Of a stretch of DNA of 33,854 bases, positions 19,851 through 27,955 are shown piece by piece (within the stretch, counting starts at the first letter, position 1; each line of letters begins with the position of its first letter). The notes beneath the pieces are model-generated. The model had not been told where the DNA came from. It searched no databases and was given only the letters and a program-made list of their open reading frames with translations. The stretch lies in NCBI GenBank assembly GCA_964625755.1, contig CAZVBR010000004.1, positions 1 through 33,854 of the forward strand. Reading direction: 5' to 3'. Made by a program: the position numbers and the translations under genes. Source of the DNA: an uncultured Candidatus Saccharibacteria bacterium. GTDB taxonomy: Bacteria > Patescibacteriota > Minisyncoccia > Phycocordibacterales > XYD1-FULL-46-19.

Positions 19851-21245
19851 TTATTCGCGATCAGTGATATCCAGACCGAGCTCCTTTAATTGCTCCCCGC
19901 TTAAGTCCTTAGGGGCCTTCATAACCGCTGTCTGTCCACTACGGGTCATCGGAAAAGCCTGAACCTCCCGGAGCTGAGCCTCACCGGTCAAATTCATAAT
20001 ATTGCGCTCGATTCCCAGAGCGATCCCGCCGTGCGGCGGTGCCCCGTAGGAAAAAGCTTCCAGCATATGTCCGACTTTTTCCTCGATCTCTTTATCAGAA
20101 AAACCCATCACTTTGTAGGTGGCTTTTAGGATCTCGGGACGATGAGCCCGGATACTGCCACCCCCGGCCTCAAAACCGTTACAGACCAGATCATACTGTG
20201 AGGTAATTATCTCGGCTATGTTCTCTCCATTCAACAGCCAGTCCACGTGTTCTTGAATCGGCATCGAAAAAGGATTATGGGTAAAAGTCCATCGGCCGTC
20301 ATCGGTTTTCTCAAATAACGGAAAATCAAGAACCCAGGCATAAGCCAAAACATTTTCCCGTTTCTCGTCTTCAGTTCGAAGATCAAATTTATCCGCCCCG
20401 TACTTGTCCATCGCCTCCTTGAAAGTAACTCGAGGGAAAGGCTTGGTTTTAACGGTAAAACCCAAACTCTCCACCGTCTCGATGATCATCGCCTCGATCA
20501 CTTGCAGTATATCTTCCCGCTCAACAAAAGCCATTTCCAGATCAAGTTGGGTGTGTTCAAACCCCCGATCGGCCCTCAGGTCTTCATCCCGAACCGCTCT
20601 GGCGATCTGAAAATACTTTTCAAAACCGCCGGTCATCAAAAGCTGTTTATACTGTTGAGGCGATTGAGGTAAGGCGTAAAAATTACCCGGATGGAGACGA
20701 GACGGTACCACGAAATCCCGCGAACCTTCCGGCGTCGATTCCGTCAGTATCGGGGTTTCGATCTCGGTAAAATCCTGACGGAACAAAAATTCCCGGCACT
20801 TTTGAACGAACCGGCTCCTCATTCGGAGATTTTTCTGCATTCTCGAACTGCGCAGGTCAAGATATCGATACTTAAGCCGGACCGACTCCTCAATATCAGA
20901 AGTGTCTTCTGTTAGATCAAAAGGCGGAGTCTGAGCTTCATTCAAAACTTCAAACTCAAAAACCTCCAATTCCAGATTTCCGTTAACCTCATCCGGGTTA
21001 ACCATTTTTTCCGGTCGTTGTTTGACAAGGCCCTTGATCCGAACCACCCACTCAGATCTGACCTGACCGGCCAGGTTGTGTGCCGTCGCCTGCCCCGGCA
21101 AAACCACTGCCTGGATCTTTCCGGTTTCATCTCGAACATCAAGAAAGATCAATTTTCCGTGGTCACGTCTGGTATCGATCCAACCGGCGATCGTTACCTC
21201 TTCTTCTCGGTGATCATTTAGATCTTTGATATAAATTCTTTTCAT
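19851..21245 (-). CDS. aspS: Aspartyl-tRNA synthetase, bacterial-type core lacking the GAD insertion domain
   Basis: OB-fold N terminus (GWIDTRRDHGKLIFLDVRDETGKIQAV), FYALPQSPQQYKQLLM, ARAVRDEDLRADRGFEHTQLDLEMAF, and class II motif 3 (GGIALGIER). It is only 464 aa. Confidence 0.95.
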   Translation of the reverse strand: MKRIYIKDLNDHREEEVTIAGWIDTRRDHGKLIFLDVRDETGKIQAVVLPGQATAHNLAGQVRSEWVVRIKGLVKQRPEKMVNPDEVNGNLELEVFEFEVLNEAQTPPFDLTEDTSDIEESVRLKYRYLDLRSSRMQKNLRMRSRFVQKCREFLFRQDFTEIETPILTESTPEGSRDFVVPSRLHPGNFYALPQSPQQYKQLLMTGGFEKYFQIARAVRDEDLRADRGFEHTQLDLEMAFVEREDILQVIEAMIIETVESLGFTVKTKPFPRVTFKEAMDKYGADKFDLRTEDEKRENVLAYAWVLDFPLFEKTDDGRWTFTHNPFSMPIQEHVDWLLNGENIAEIITSQYDLVCNGFEAGGGSIRAHRPEILKATYKVMGFSDKEIEEKVGHMLEAFSYGAPPHGGIALGIERNIMNLTGEAQLREVQAFPMTRSGQTAVMKAPKDLSGEQLKELGLDITDRE

Positions 21246-21301
21246 ACCTTATTTATAACACAACCCAAACCTCCGGGCAATTATCGTCTAATTTACCGGC
21301 C

Positions 21302-22441
21302 CTAGCGCCGGATCACTTCCCGTTTTTCAATTTGACTGACCTGATCAACCACAAATGATTCTCGGCCGATCACCTGGCCTCGCTCGGTCTCAATGTTGAC
21401 CCGCCAACGGCCGGCCTCCGGCCCGGTCAAAAAGGAGTATCCCCGGTAACCGCCGTCCCGGCCCCCGATCAGATCATAACTAACTCGAGCCCGACTTTGC
21501 CAATTGCCGGTTTCCGGATCACGATACTGCCAATGGTGCACCACCACAATATCAAGCCGGGTCGGGGCAAAAACCGAAGCGAAAACATACACCGGCTCCC
21601 CGGCCAAGATCTCGATAGTCGGCCGCCAAAACACTCCTTGCCACCATGGCCGATCGGATGCCACGATCTCATAATCACCAACCCCGCTTCGACGAACCGA
21701 GTGATAGACACCGGCCTCCCGCAAAGACAGCGGGACCGGAGGGATAATATTGGTAAAATACAAAAAGTTGATCCCGAGAAATATCCCGGCCAGCAACCCG
21801 ACCAAAAACCGCTTACGGTCTCCCACGGCCGGCACATACCGAACCATTACATACATATAGCCGGCCATAACCGCCAAACTGACCACCCCGGAAAGAAAAA
21901 ACACCCAAACCTCGATACTCCGAAACAAAAACGGCAGGACCAATACACAGTACGAGAACACAATAAAGTAATACACTCCGAGTTGAATGTTCAGCCATAG
22001 ATAATACTTCTTCAGCAGATCGTTGGAAACCATCAAAAAAACGATCAGGGCAATAAACGGCCAACTGGCGGTAAACGAACTCGAGAACCAGTAAAATATC
22101 AAAAAACCGGACAACAGAGCCCCGAAAGTGTACTGCAGCACCAAAGGAGCAAATAGACGGAGATAGCGCCACCGCTTTTGCTCACCCGGAAATCGCCCGG
22201 CATCATAGCTTTGGATGAAAATAATGGTCAGACCGGACAGGAACAAATGCCAGGTTAAGATCGAAAAAGCCAGGTTAAGATTTATATTCTGAAACAAAAG
22301 AGCGTCGGTGGTCACTCCGATCAACAACGCCCCGGGGATCAAATATCGCTCATATTTCTCATAAAAACGACGTACGACCCCAAACCAGCGTGTGGGGTAA
22401 TTACTGTCCCGACCGAGAAAAAAACCTGTCTTGGTATTCAT
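21302..22441 (-). CDS. Polytopic membrane protein with a C-terminal soluble beta-rich domain (DUF2914-like)
   Basis: 379 aa with about 8 TM helices, then HHWQYRDPETGNWQSRARVSYDLIGGRDGGYRGYSFLTGPEAGRWRVNIETERGQVIGRESFVV, which resembles DUF2914 as I remember it. A candidate promoter (TTGACA-N17-TTCAAT) lies on the minus strand about 22500-22528. Confidence 0.75.
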   Translation of the reverse strand: MNTKTGFFLGRDSNYPTRWFGVVRRFYEKYERYLIPGALLIGVTTDALLFQNINLNLAFSILTWHLFLSGLTIIFIQSYDAGRFPGEQKRWRYLRLFAPLVLQYTFGALLSGFLIFYWFSSSFTASWPFIALIVFLMVSNDLLKKYYLWLNIQLGVYYFIVFSYCVLVLPFLFRSIEVWVFFLSGVVSLAVMAGYMYVMVRYVPAVGDRKRFLVGLLAGIFLGINFLYFTNIIPPVPLSLREAGVYHSVRRSGVGDYEIVASDRPWWQGVFWRPTIEILAGEPVYVFASVFAPTRLDIVVVHHWQYRDPETGNWQSRARVSYDLIGGRDGGYRGYSFLTGPEAGRWRVNIETERGQVIGRESFVVDQVSQIEKREVIRR

Positions 22442-22804
22442 AATAACCGTTATTTTTAGACCGGATCGCGATCACTTTAAAAGGTATTTAATTGAAATAC
22501 ATTTTCTGCGGTGTGTCAAATATATCATTCCGGGGCACCAGCTTCCAACCAAAACCGCCTTAAAAATAAATAGCCGAAACCGCCAACAGTCCCCCGACCA
22601 CTGCCATCAAAAACAAAAGGAGCAAAAACAATATTTTATTCTTTTTCATACTAAAACCGATCTTTATTTACAATATGATCATTATAATATATTTCCCCAA
22701 CTACCGACATATCCACAAATCCAAGCCCGGCTTGAACTCAATCCCCAAAACAAAACCGCCCCGAAACAACCTTCCCAAATCCTTAAACGCAAAAGCTCAC
22801 CAGA

Positions 22805-22832
22805 TTGACATTTATTCAGCAACCTTTATAAT
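22805..22832 (+). promoter_or_regulatory. Near-consensus sigma70 promoter driving the PEP-CTERM gene
   Basis: TTGACA (22805-22810), a 16-nt spacer, then TATAAT (22827-22832), in an AT-rich intergenic region 235 nt upstream of the ATG at 23067. Confidence 0.6.
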
Positions 22833-22894
22833 TTTGATAATATTGCTCTTAAAAGTTAAAGTGGTAGGTCTTTGACAATTGAATAAATTTATAC

Positions 22895-22966
22895 ATATGA
22901 GTGGCCGTCTGAATTGATCAGGCGGTAAACGATAAAAGCAGTCGGCCGCTCATATCACAGGCGGCC
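22895..22966 (+). promoter_or_regulatory. Structured 5' leader element with mutually exclusive helices
   Basis: A 13-bp helix pairs 22895-22907 with 22943-22955 (one G-U). A competing 9-bp helix pairs 22904-22912 with 22918-22926. A third option pairs 22903-22911 with 22958-22966. A 3' hairpin pairs 22944-22950 with 22960-22966. Confidence 0.4.
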
Positions 22967-23066
22967 AACCAACAGCCACCCCAAAAAAGAAAGGAGGGTA
23001 AAGAAAAAACACTTGAAAAAAACTTAACCCGAGCAAATCTAAACAGAAGGAAAGGAGACTGAAAGC

Positions 23067-23831
23067 ATGAAAATCGCAGTTGCGGTTGCGGCCGCGATAA
23101 TTTTGGCCGCTCCGGCTGGTGCCCTGTACATTGAGGGCACCCACGAAATGGAGAAGGGGCCAGACGGGGTCTGGTCCCACTTCACCGAAGAGGGGCTCGG
23201 GGCTGAAGTAACGTTCAGCGCCGAACCCCAAAATGAGTGGACCCTTGTGAGGGCCCACCTGGAAAACACAAGCACCCCCGGGCTATCAGAAAAGCCCGAG
23301 GGGCTGCTCCAAGGGGTGTTTTTCAATGCCCCGGAACTCACCCCCTTAGGAATCAATCTCGCCGATGGTGGCGGGATAATTGGGGACACCACTCCTGGCC
23401 GATACGAAATTCTCGGTGGCTGGGCGTACCGGGGCGACATCGAGGACCCCGACAACCCGTTTCGGCGGGTGTACGGGGTTAACTCCGGAATAGCCAACCC
23501 GGGGTTGGACACCTTCGGGAAATTTGACACGTTTGGGTACATCCTGGAGGGGAACGATGAGCTGTGGCCCACCCACAACCCAAAAGGGAGAGGTGGGATC
23601 GCCTCTCCCGGCGGAGGCACGCCCGACAGCGAAGTGTCGTACCTGGCCTCGCCGGGGATCGTGATCGATTTCGGGGCCCCTCTGGGGTTTAACCCCGACG
23701 AGTCGATCAGTGGGCTACACGCCCATTATGGAACCTCCGCGAAAGTCATCCCGGAACCGGCAACGATTACGTTGCTAGGAGTGGGATTGACATTCTGGGG
23801 GGCGAAAGCCCTCCGGCGCCGTCGCCATTAA
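23067..23831 (+). CDS. Secreted protein with a C-terminal PEP-CTERM (exosortase) sorting domain
   Basis: Signal peptide MKIAVAVAAAIILAAPAGA. The C terminus VIPEPATITLLGVGLTFWGAKALRRRRH* has PEP, a hydrophobic helix and an Arg cluster. SD AGGAG lies 9 nt upstream. GC is about 60% against the high 40s in neighbouring genes. Confidence 0.9.
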   Translation: MKIAVAVAAAIILAAPAGALYIEGTHEMEKGPDGVWSHFTEEGLGAEVTFSAEPQNEWTLVRAHLENTSTPGLSEKPEGLLQGVFFNAPELTPLGINLADGGGIIGDTTPGRYEILGGWAYRGDIEDPDNPFRRVYGVNSGIANPGLDTFGKFDTFGYILEGNDELWPTHNPKGRGGIASPGGGTPDSEVSYLASPGIVIDFGAPLGFNPDESISGLHAHYGTSAKVIPEPATITLLGVGLTFWGAKALRRRRH

Positions 23832-23856
23832 CACCGGCGCCGGCAACACAAACCAA

Positions 23857-23879
23857 AGGCAGCCCCTCGCGGGCTGCCT
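23857..23879 (+). terminator. Hairpin after the PEP-CTERM gene (weak U-tract)
   Basis: AGGCAGCCC-CTCGC-GGGCTGCCT is a 9-bp GC-rich stem, followed by TAAATCTT rather than a clean T-run. Confidence 0.55.
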
Positions 23880-23955
23880 TAAATCTTACCTGAACCTCTC
23901 GATTAGAACTCTCCGGAAATTATCTCTGTTTAACTTTTAAGATAAACTGTTGATT

Positions 23956-24429
23956 TTAATCTAAGTCATCGCAGAACTTTGGTACATCACTATCTTCACT
24001 GGCTGGATTGGGAACTGACCCGGCAAAGCCATCGGAATCAACGCACCAATATTTATCGCCCTCATCTTCAAGATTCAATTTCGCGGTCACGACCCATCTA
24101 CGGGAATCAGAACGACATGCTATATTGTCATTATTAGGACCATTTGCATCAATTGCTTCTTGCAATCTGTTAATAGTGCTATCATCTATGTTATCATCAT
24201 CATCAACAGTAAAACTTCCATCATCACTACAAATATCTGCAAAACTACCTTCCCTCATACCACGAACTTCCATAGCCGACCGCAAACTGCTCATCTCCGA
24301 CCTGGTATTCGCATCCCGAGCTTCGTCCCGGGACTCCCCCATAGAAGTCAAAACCACTCCGGCCAAGATCCCGATGATCGCGATCACCACCAAAAGCTCA
24401 ATTAACGTAAACCCTTTTTGCTTTAACAT
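23956..24429 (-). CDS. Type IV pilin (prepilin-type N-terminal cleavage/methylation domain)
   Basis: MLKQKG/FTLIELLVVIAIIGILAGVVL is the class III signal peptide with Glu+5. The acidic C-terminal globular domain has 4 Cys. Confidence 0.92.
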   Translation of the reverse strand: MLKQKGFTLIELLVVIAIIGILAGVVLTSMGESRDEARDANTRSEMSSLRSAMEVRGMREGSFADICSDDGSFTVDDDDNIDDSTINRLQEAIDANGPNNDNIACRSDSRRWVVTAKLNLEDEGDKYWCVDSDGFAGSVPNPASEDSDVPKFCDDLD

Positions 24430-24464
24430 ATAAATTGATCACTTAACTTTATAATTCCCTACCA

Positions 24465-24501
24465 CCGGTTTTGACGATCCCTTAAACCGGTTTTGTTTTT
24501 T
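24465..24501 (+). terminator. Plus-strand-oriented intrinsic terminator with no plus-strand gene upstream
   Basis: CCGGTTT-(12 nt)-AAACCGG is followed by TTTTGTTTTTT on the plus strand. The minus-strand reading has no U-tract. It lies 36 nt beyond the pilin start codon. Confidence 0.5.
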
Positions 24502-24629
24502 ATCACTCCAACCTGGAAATTGATCCGGCTCGCTCCCATATCTATATAATAACAAAATCAACCAAAAAAACAATTTTCACTTTCCTCCACCCGGGCTCTC
24601 ATCCAAAGGGAATTAACCTCCCGGCTAAT

Positions 24630-25655
24630 TTAAGATACCCCCAAAAGCATCAGAACAAAAAGAACGTACAAAACCAAGTAAAAAGCCCCTTCCCACATAT
24701 GGATCCGCCGGGAGATCCCGGAGATCACAAACAAAAAGGTCACCACCCCGAGAACCGGCAAACCGACCGAGTAAGTGACCTCGTCCAGACTGGCTCCATA
24801 AAACAGAGCCGGCAGTCCGACTACGATCATCATATTAAAGGCGTTCGACCCGAACACATTCCCCAAGGCCACCTCGGGCTTGTTCCTTAACGCCGCCTTG
24901 ATCGAAACCAGCAATTCCGGCAGTGATGTTCCGATCGCCACCGCCAAGAGAGTGATCACTCCGACACTGATCCCCAACCCCTTCATCAGCTCCATTTCAG
25001 ACAGCCCGACCACCGAATCAACCAGATACCGAGATCCGAGAAACAAAAAAAGAGCTCCGAGTACAAACCATATCAGGTCCCGAAGCAAAACCTTCCGTTG
25101 GTCGATCTTTGCCTCCCCGACCAATCCGGAACCGGCTTGCTCTCGACGCTCTTTCCGGGACGGCAAGGCTTCCGGACTTGCCTCTCTTTCGCCCTCATCG
25201 TAATGAAAGAAAGTGTAGAAGATATAAATAACATAAACCAAAACCATCAGAGCCGCCTCCAGAAAAATTATCTCGCCGTTCCAGGTCACCCCCAAAAAAA
25301 GCACTGTCCCCATAGCCAACAGAGGCAACTCAACATCGATCAGGTCTCTTGTGACCGTCAACCGGCCGGCCACCAAAGCCGATATCCCGACCACCAACAG
25401 TATATTGGCCAAATTCGAACCGACGGCATTGGCCGAGGCAAACTCGGTCAACCCCTCCGAAGCGGCAAAGAAAGAAGCTATCAGTTCCGGAAAAGAAGTT
25501 CCGAGACTGACCATCAACACTCCGATAATAAACGGCGGCAGACCGATCGCCAGACCCAATCTTTCAGAAGCATAAAGCAGCCAGTCAGCTCCCTTGACCA
25601 AAAAAAACACCGAAACAATAAATACCCCTATCCAATACCCTAAAACAAGATCCAT
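24630..25655 (-). CDS. Ca2+/cation antiporter (CaCA family, YrbG-like)
   Basis: Two alpha-repeat signatures (GTSFPELIAS and GTSLPELLVS) in a roughly 10-TM protein with a central charged loop. Confidence 0.9.
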   Translation of the reverse strand: MDLVLGYWIGVFIVSVFFLVKGADWLLYASERLGLAIGLPPFIIGVLMVSLGTSFPELIASFFAASEGLTEFASANAVGSNLANILLVVGISALVAGRLTVTRDLIDVELPLLAMGTVLFLGVTWNGEIIFLEAALMVLVYVIYIFYTFFHYDEGEREASPEALPSRKERREQAGSGLVGEAKIDQRKVLLRDLIWFVLGALFLFLGSRYLVDSVVGLSEMELMKGLGISVGVITLLAVAIGTSLPELLVSIKAALRNKPEVALGNVFGSNAFNMMIVVGLPALFYGASLDEVTYSVGLPVLGVVTFLFVISGISRRIHMWEGAFYLVLYVLFVLMLLGVS

Positions 25656-25802
25656 ATTTAATTTCCGACTAATTTGAAGGCCCGAACCCGGGCCAGACTC
25701 ACGATTACTTTTCTCTAATTATACTGGGTCTGTTGTCGATTAACAACCCCGACCCTCCGAACCGCACTTGCCAAAAAAACTTTAAAAGTTCAAGATAGGT
25801 TT

Positions 25803-26558
25803 ATGCCTTCAGACAAACAACCCCGCCTTTTGATCTCCGGACACCATGTTCTGACCGAAGCCTTAAACGGAACACCCGAGGCCGTCACACGGGTGTTTCT
25901 TGACCCGACCTCTCCGGACCGGGAGCTAATAAAGAAATTAAAACAAAAAAATATCAAGATCGATCATCTCAGAACCTCCGGATCCCGAGAGAAATCAAAA
26001 ACCATCAAAGCCGAACTCGATCCAACTAAATTGATCTTGTCCGAATCGGAATTCTTCTCTTCACTTGACCCCAAGCCGGAGACCGGCCTCTTGTTGTTAG
26101 GTGAGATCCAAGACCCTCAGAATGTCGGAGCGGTTATTCGGTCAGCCGCCGCCTTTGGTTTTTCCGGCATCCTCTTCCCCCGACACAATCAAGCCCCGAT
26201 CACCGACACCGTCCTGAAAGTCTCAGCCGGGATGGCGTTTCGGGTACCCTTAGTGTCTATCGGAAACGTAAATCAGACCTTAAGAGATCTTCAAAATCAG
26301 GGGTTCTGGATTTACGGCCTGACTCCAAACGGAGACCGGGACCTCAACAAGGAAGATTTCGACCGACCCTCCGTTCTGGTGATCGGAAATGAAGCCTACG
26401 GGATCCGCGAAAAAACCCTTAAACACTGCGATTTCCAATTAACGATCCCGACCCACCCGCGCTGCCAATCCCTAAACGCCGCTGCCTCATTTGCAATCGT
26501 CGGTTATGCCTGGAGTCGGCACCACCCGGAAGCACTCCGGAAACCATCCCAAAACTGA
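25803..26558 (+). CDS. SpoU-family RNA 2'-O-methyltransferase (RlmB/TrmH-like)
   Basis: N-terminal substrate-binding-like domain and SpoU motifs: QDPQNVGAVIRSAAAFG, VLVIGNEAYGIR and IPTHPRCQSLNAAASFAI. Confidence 0.88.
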   Translation: MPSDKQPRLLISGHHVLTEALNGTPEAVTRVFLDPTSPDRELIKKLKQKNIKIDHLRTSGSREKSKTIKAELDPTKLILSESEFFSSLDPKPETGLLLLGEIQDPQNVGAVIRSAAAFGFSGILFPRHNQAPITDTVLKVSAGMAFRVPLVSIGNVNQTLRDLQNQGFWIYGLTPNGDRDLNKEDFDRPSVLVIGNEAYGIREKTLKHCDFQLTIPTHPRCQSLNAAASFAIVGYAWSRHHPEALRKPSQN

Positions 26559-26585
26559 GCTAGGTCGTCAGACCCCTTAAGCCGT

Positions 26586-26852
26586 CTAGAGCTTATCCCG
26601 AAAATAGACAAATATCCGACCGGAATTGGCAAAGTCTTTTTTGATCCGATAGTACTGTTTTTTAATATCGTCTCGTTCAAGAAATTTCAAAACCCGTTTT
26701 TTGAGCTGACCGCTCCCTTTCCCGGTGATTATCTCAACCTCCCGGATATTTTCTTGAACCGCTTTGGCCACCATATCTTGAAGCGCCTGATCGATCAGGT
26801 CTCCTTGATCATATACCGGATGAAGATCGAGTTTTAATTTTCCGGACGACAT
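26586..26852 (-). CDS. Smr-domain protein
   Basis: 88 aa. LDLHP...ALQDMVAKAVQENIREVEIITGKGSGQLKKRVLKFLE matches the Smr (MutS2 C-terminal) fold signature. Confidence 0.75.
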   Translation of the reverse strand: MSSGKLKLDLHPVYDQGDLIDQALQDMVAKAVQENIREVEIITGKGSGQLKKRVLKFLERDDIKKQYYRIKKDFANSGRIFVYFRDKL

Positions 26853-26902
26853 AAATGACCTTGTTTAATTAACAAACGACCCCGATCGGCCGATCACTGA
26901 TT

Positions 26903-27883
26903 TTAGACCCAGGAAATAACCACCGGTGTCATATTTTTCCGGTCATTGATCTTTTGCTCCTCGACCAAAAGATCTCGGTACCGACCGGAAAGACTGGATA
27001 ACTTTTTTATCCGACCGCGACTCAACACTTCCGGATCAACATACCGGAACTTTTTCGGCAATTTCACCGCCTGACCGGCGCCCGTCTCCTTTACCTCGAG
27101 ATCCTTTCTCAACATCCCGATCCCCTTTTTGATACCCGGGGATCGAGAACTTTCCAGAATATCCATAACTTCCTGATCAGTGGCAAAGAAGTCGTCCCGA
27201 GACAGACACCCTTCAGATAAAGCGGTTTTCAAAACCCGGGACAGAACATAATACCGCGCTCTTTGTTTATCACCCGCCCAGTGCTCTCTTTGGAGTTTGG
27301 CAAACCACTGACCAAACTCTTCGGCTACCTCGGCCGACCGGAACACGATCTGATCATCCTCGACCGTCAGATCTTCCAGTATCCGCAATATTTGCTCTTG
27401 ATCACAAATACCGGCCATCTCGCGCAAGGCATAATCAATTCGATCAGCGCACAAACTCGGAAGCTCTCTTTCCAATAAAGAAAAACCGGTCAGGTCATAA
27501 AACTGCTCACTTTGAAGATCATTCCTTCCCAAGATCGCCGGGATCTCGGAGTTCTTAAGATACTCGGAAAAAATACTGTCCTGGTGATCCTCTTTACTCG
27601 GATCCCCGATCACCCAGTCGACAACGTGTGAGAAAGCGGTATGGGAAACATCATGCAATAGTCCGGCCACCTGTTCTTCCAAACCGGCCTCTAATCTCCG
27701 TAACAACAAGAACACCCCGACCGAATGATCAAACCGAGAGAAAACCTCCTGGTGATAATAGGCCCGGGGCATTCCTTGCTGGGTAACACCTTTGAGTCTC
27801 TGTAAACTGGAACTTTCTGACAATTCAGCAAAGACCGGGTCTTTGGCCGTCACCACGCCGTATATTTTATCTTCCACAACCAT
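26903..27883 (-). CDS. HD-domain metal-dependent phosphohydrolase (COG1078-like)
   Basis: QRLKGVTQQG...FDHSVGV...LLHDVSHTAFSH...ADRIDY is the HD superfamily motif series. Confidence 0.85.
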   Translation of the reverse strand: MVVEDKIYGVVTAKDPVFAELSESSSLQRLKGVTQQGMPRAYYHQEVFSRFDHSVGVFLLLRRLEAGLEEQVAGLLHDVSHTAFSHVVDWVIGDPSKEDHQDSIFSEYLKNSEIPAILGRNDLQSEQFYDLTGFSLLERELPSLCADRIDYALREMAGICDQEQILRILEDLTVEDDQIVFRSAEVAEEFGQWFAKLQREHWAGDKQRARYYVLSRVLKTALSEGCLSRDDFFATDQEVMDILESSRSPGIKKGIGMLRKDLEVKETGAGQAVKLPKKFRYVDPEVLSRGRIKKLSSLSGRYRDLLVEEQKINDRKNMTPVVISWV

Positions 27884-27955
27884 AGATCTGCTTTTTTGGA
27901 ACTTTCATCAACCCAAACTCCGATCACCAAGACCTTTACCTCTTTCACTTTAATA

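Noticed and set aside
22560-22649. 29-codon minus-strand ORF MKKNKILFLLLLFLMAVVGGLLAVSAIYF (single TM peptide) upstream of the DUF2914-like gene
   Set aside because: It is hydrophobic and plausible-looking, but it has no SD or clear promoter and I cannot judge its conservation. The support is insufficient to call it a gene.
22710-22718. DnaA-box-like ATATCCACA in the AT-rich intergenic region (possible oriC?)
   Set aside because: It is a single 8/9 match with no cluster of boxes, no dnaA or dnaN nearby, and no AT-rich DUE repeats.
23420-23440. RGD tripeptide (WAYRGDIED) in the PEP-CTERM protein as a possible integrin-type adhesion motif
   Set aside because: Tripeptide occurrence is expected by chance and there is no supporting context.
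23039-23620. 193-aa minus-strand ORF, plus the 23237..23482 and 23346..23576 ORFs, overlapping the PEP-CTERM gene
   Set aside because: They are Pro/Ser-rich shadow frames produced by the local ~60% GC. The plus-strand frame has the signal peptide, SD, promoter, sorting motif and terminator.
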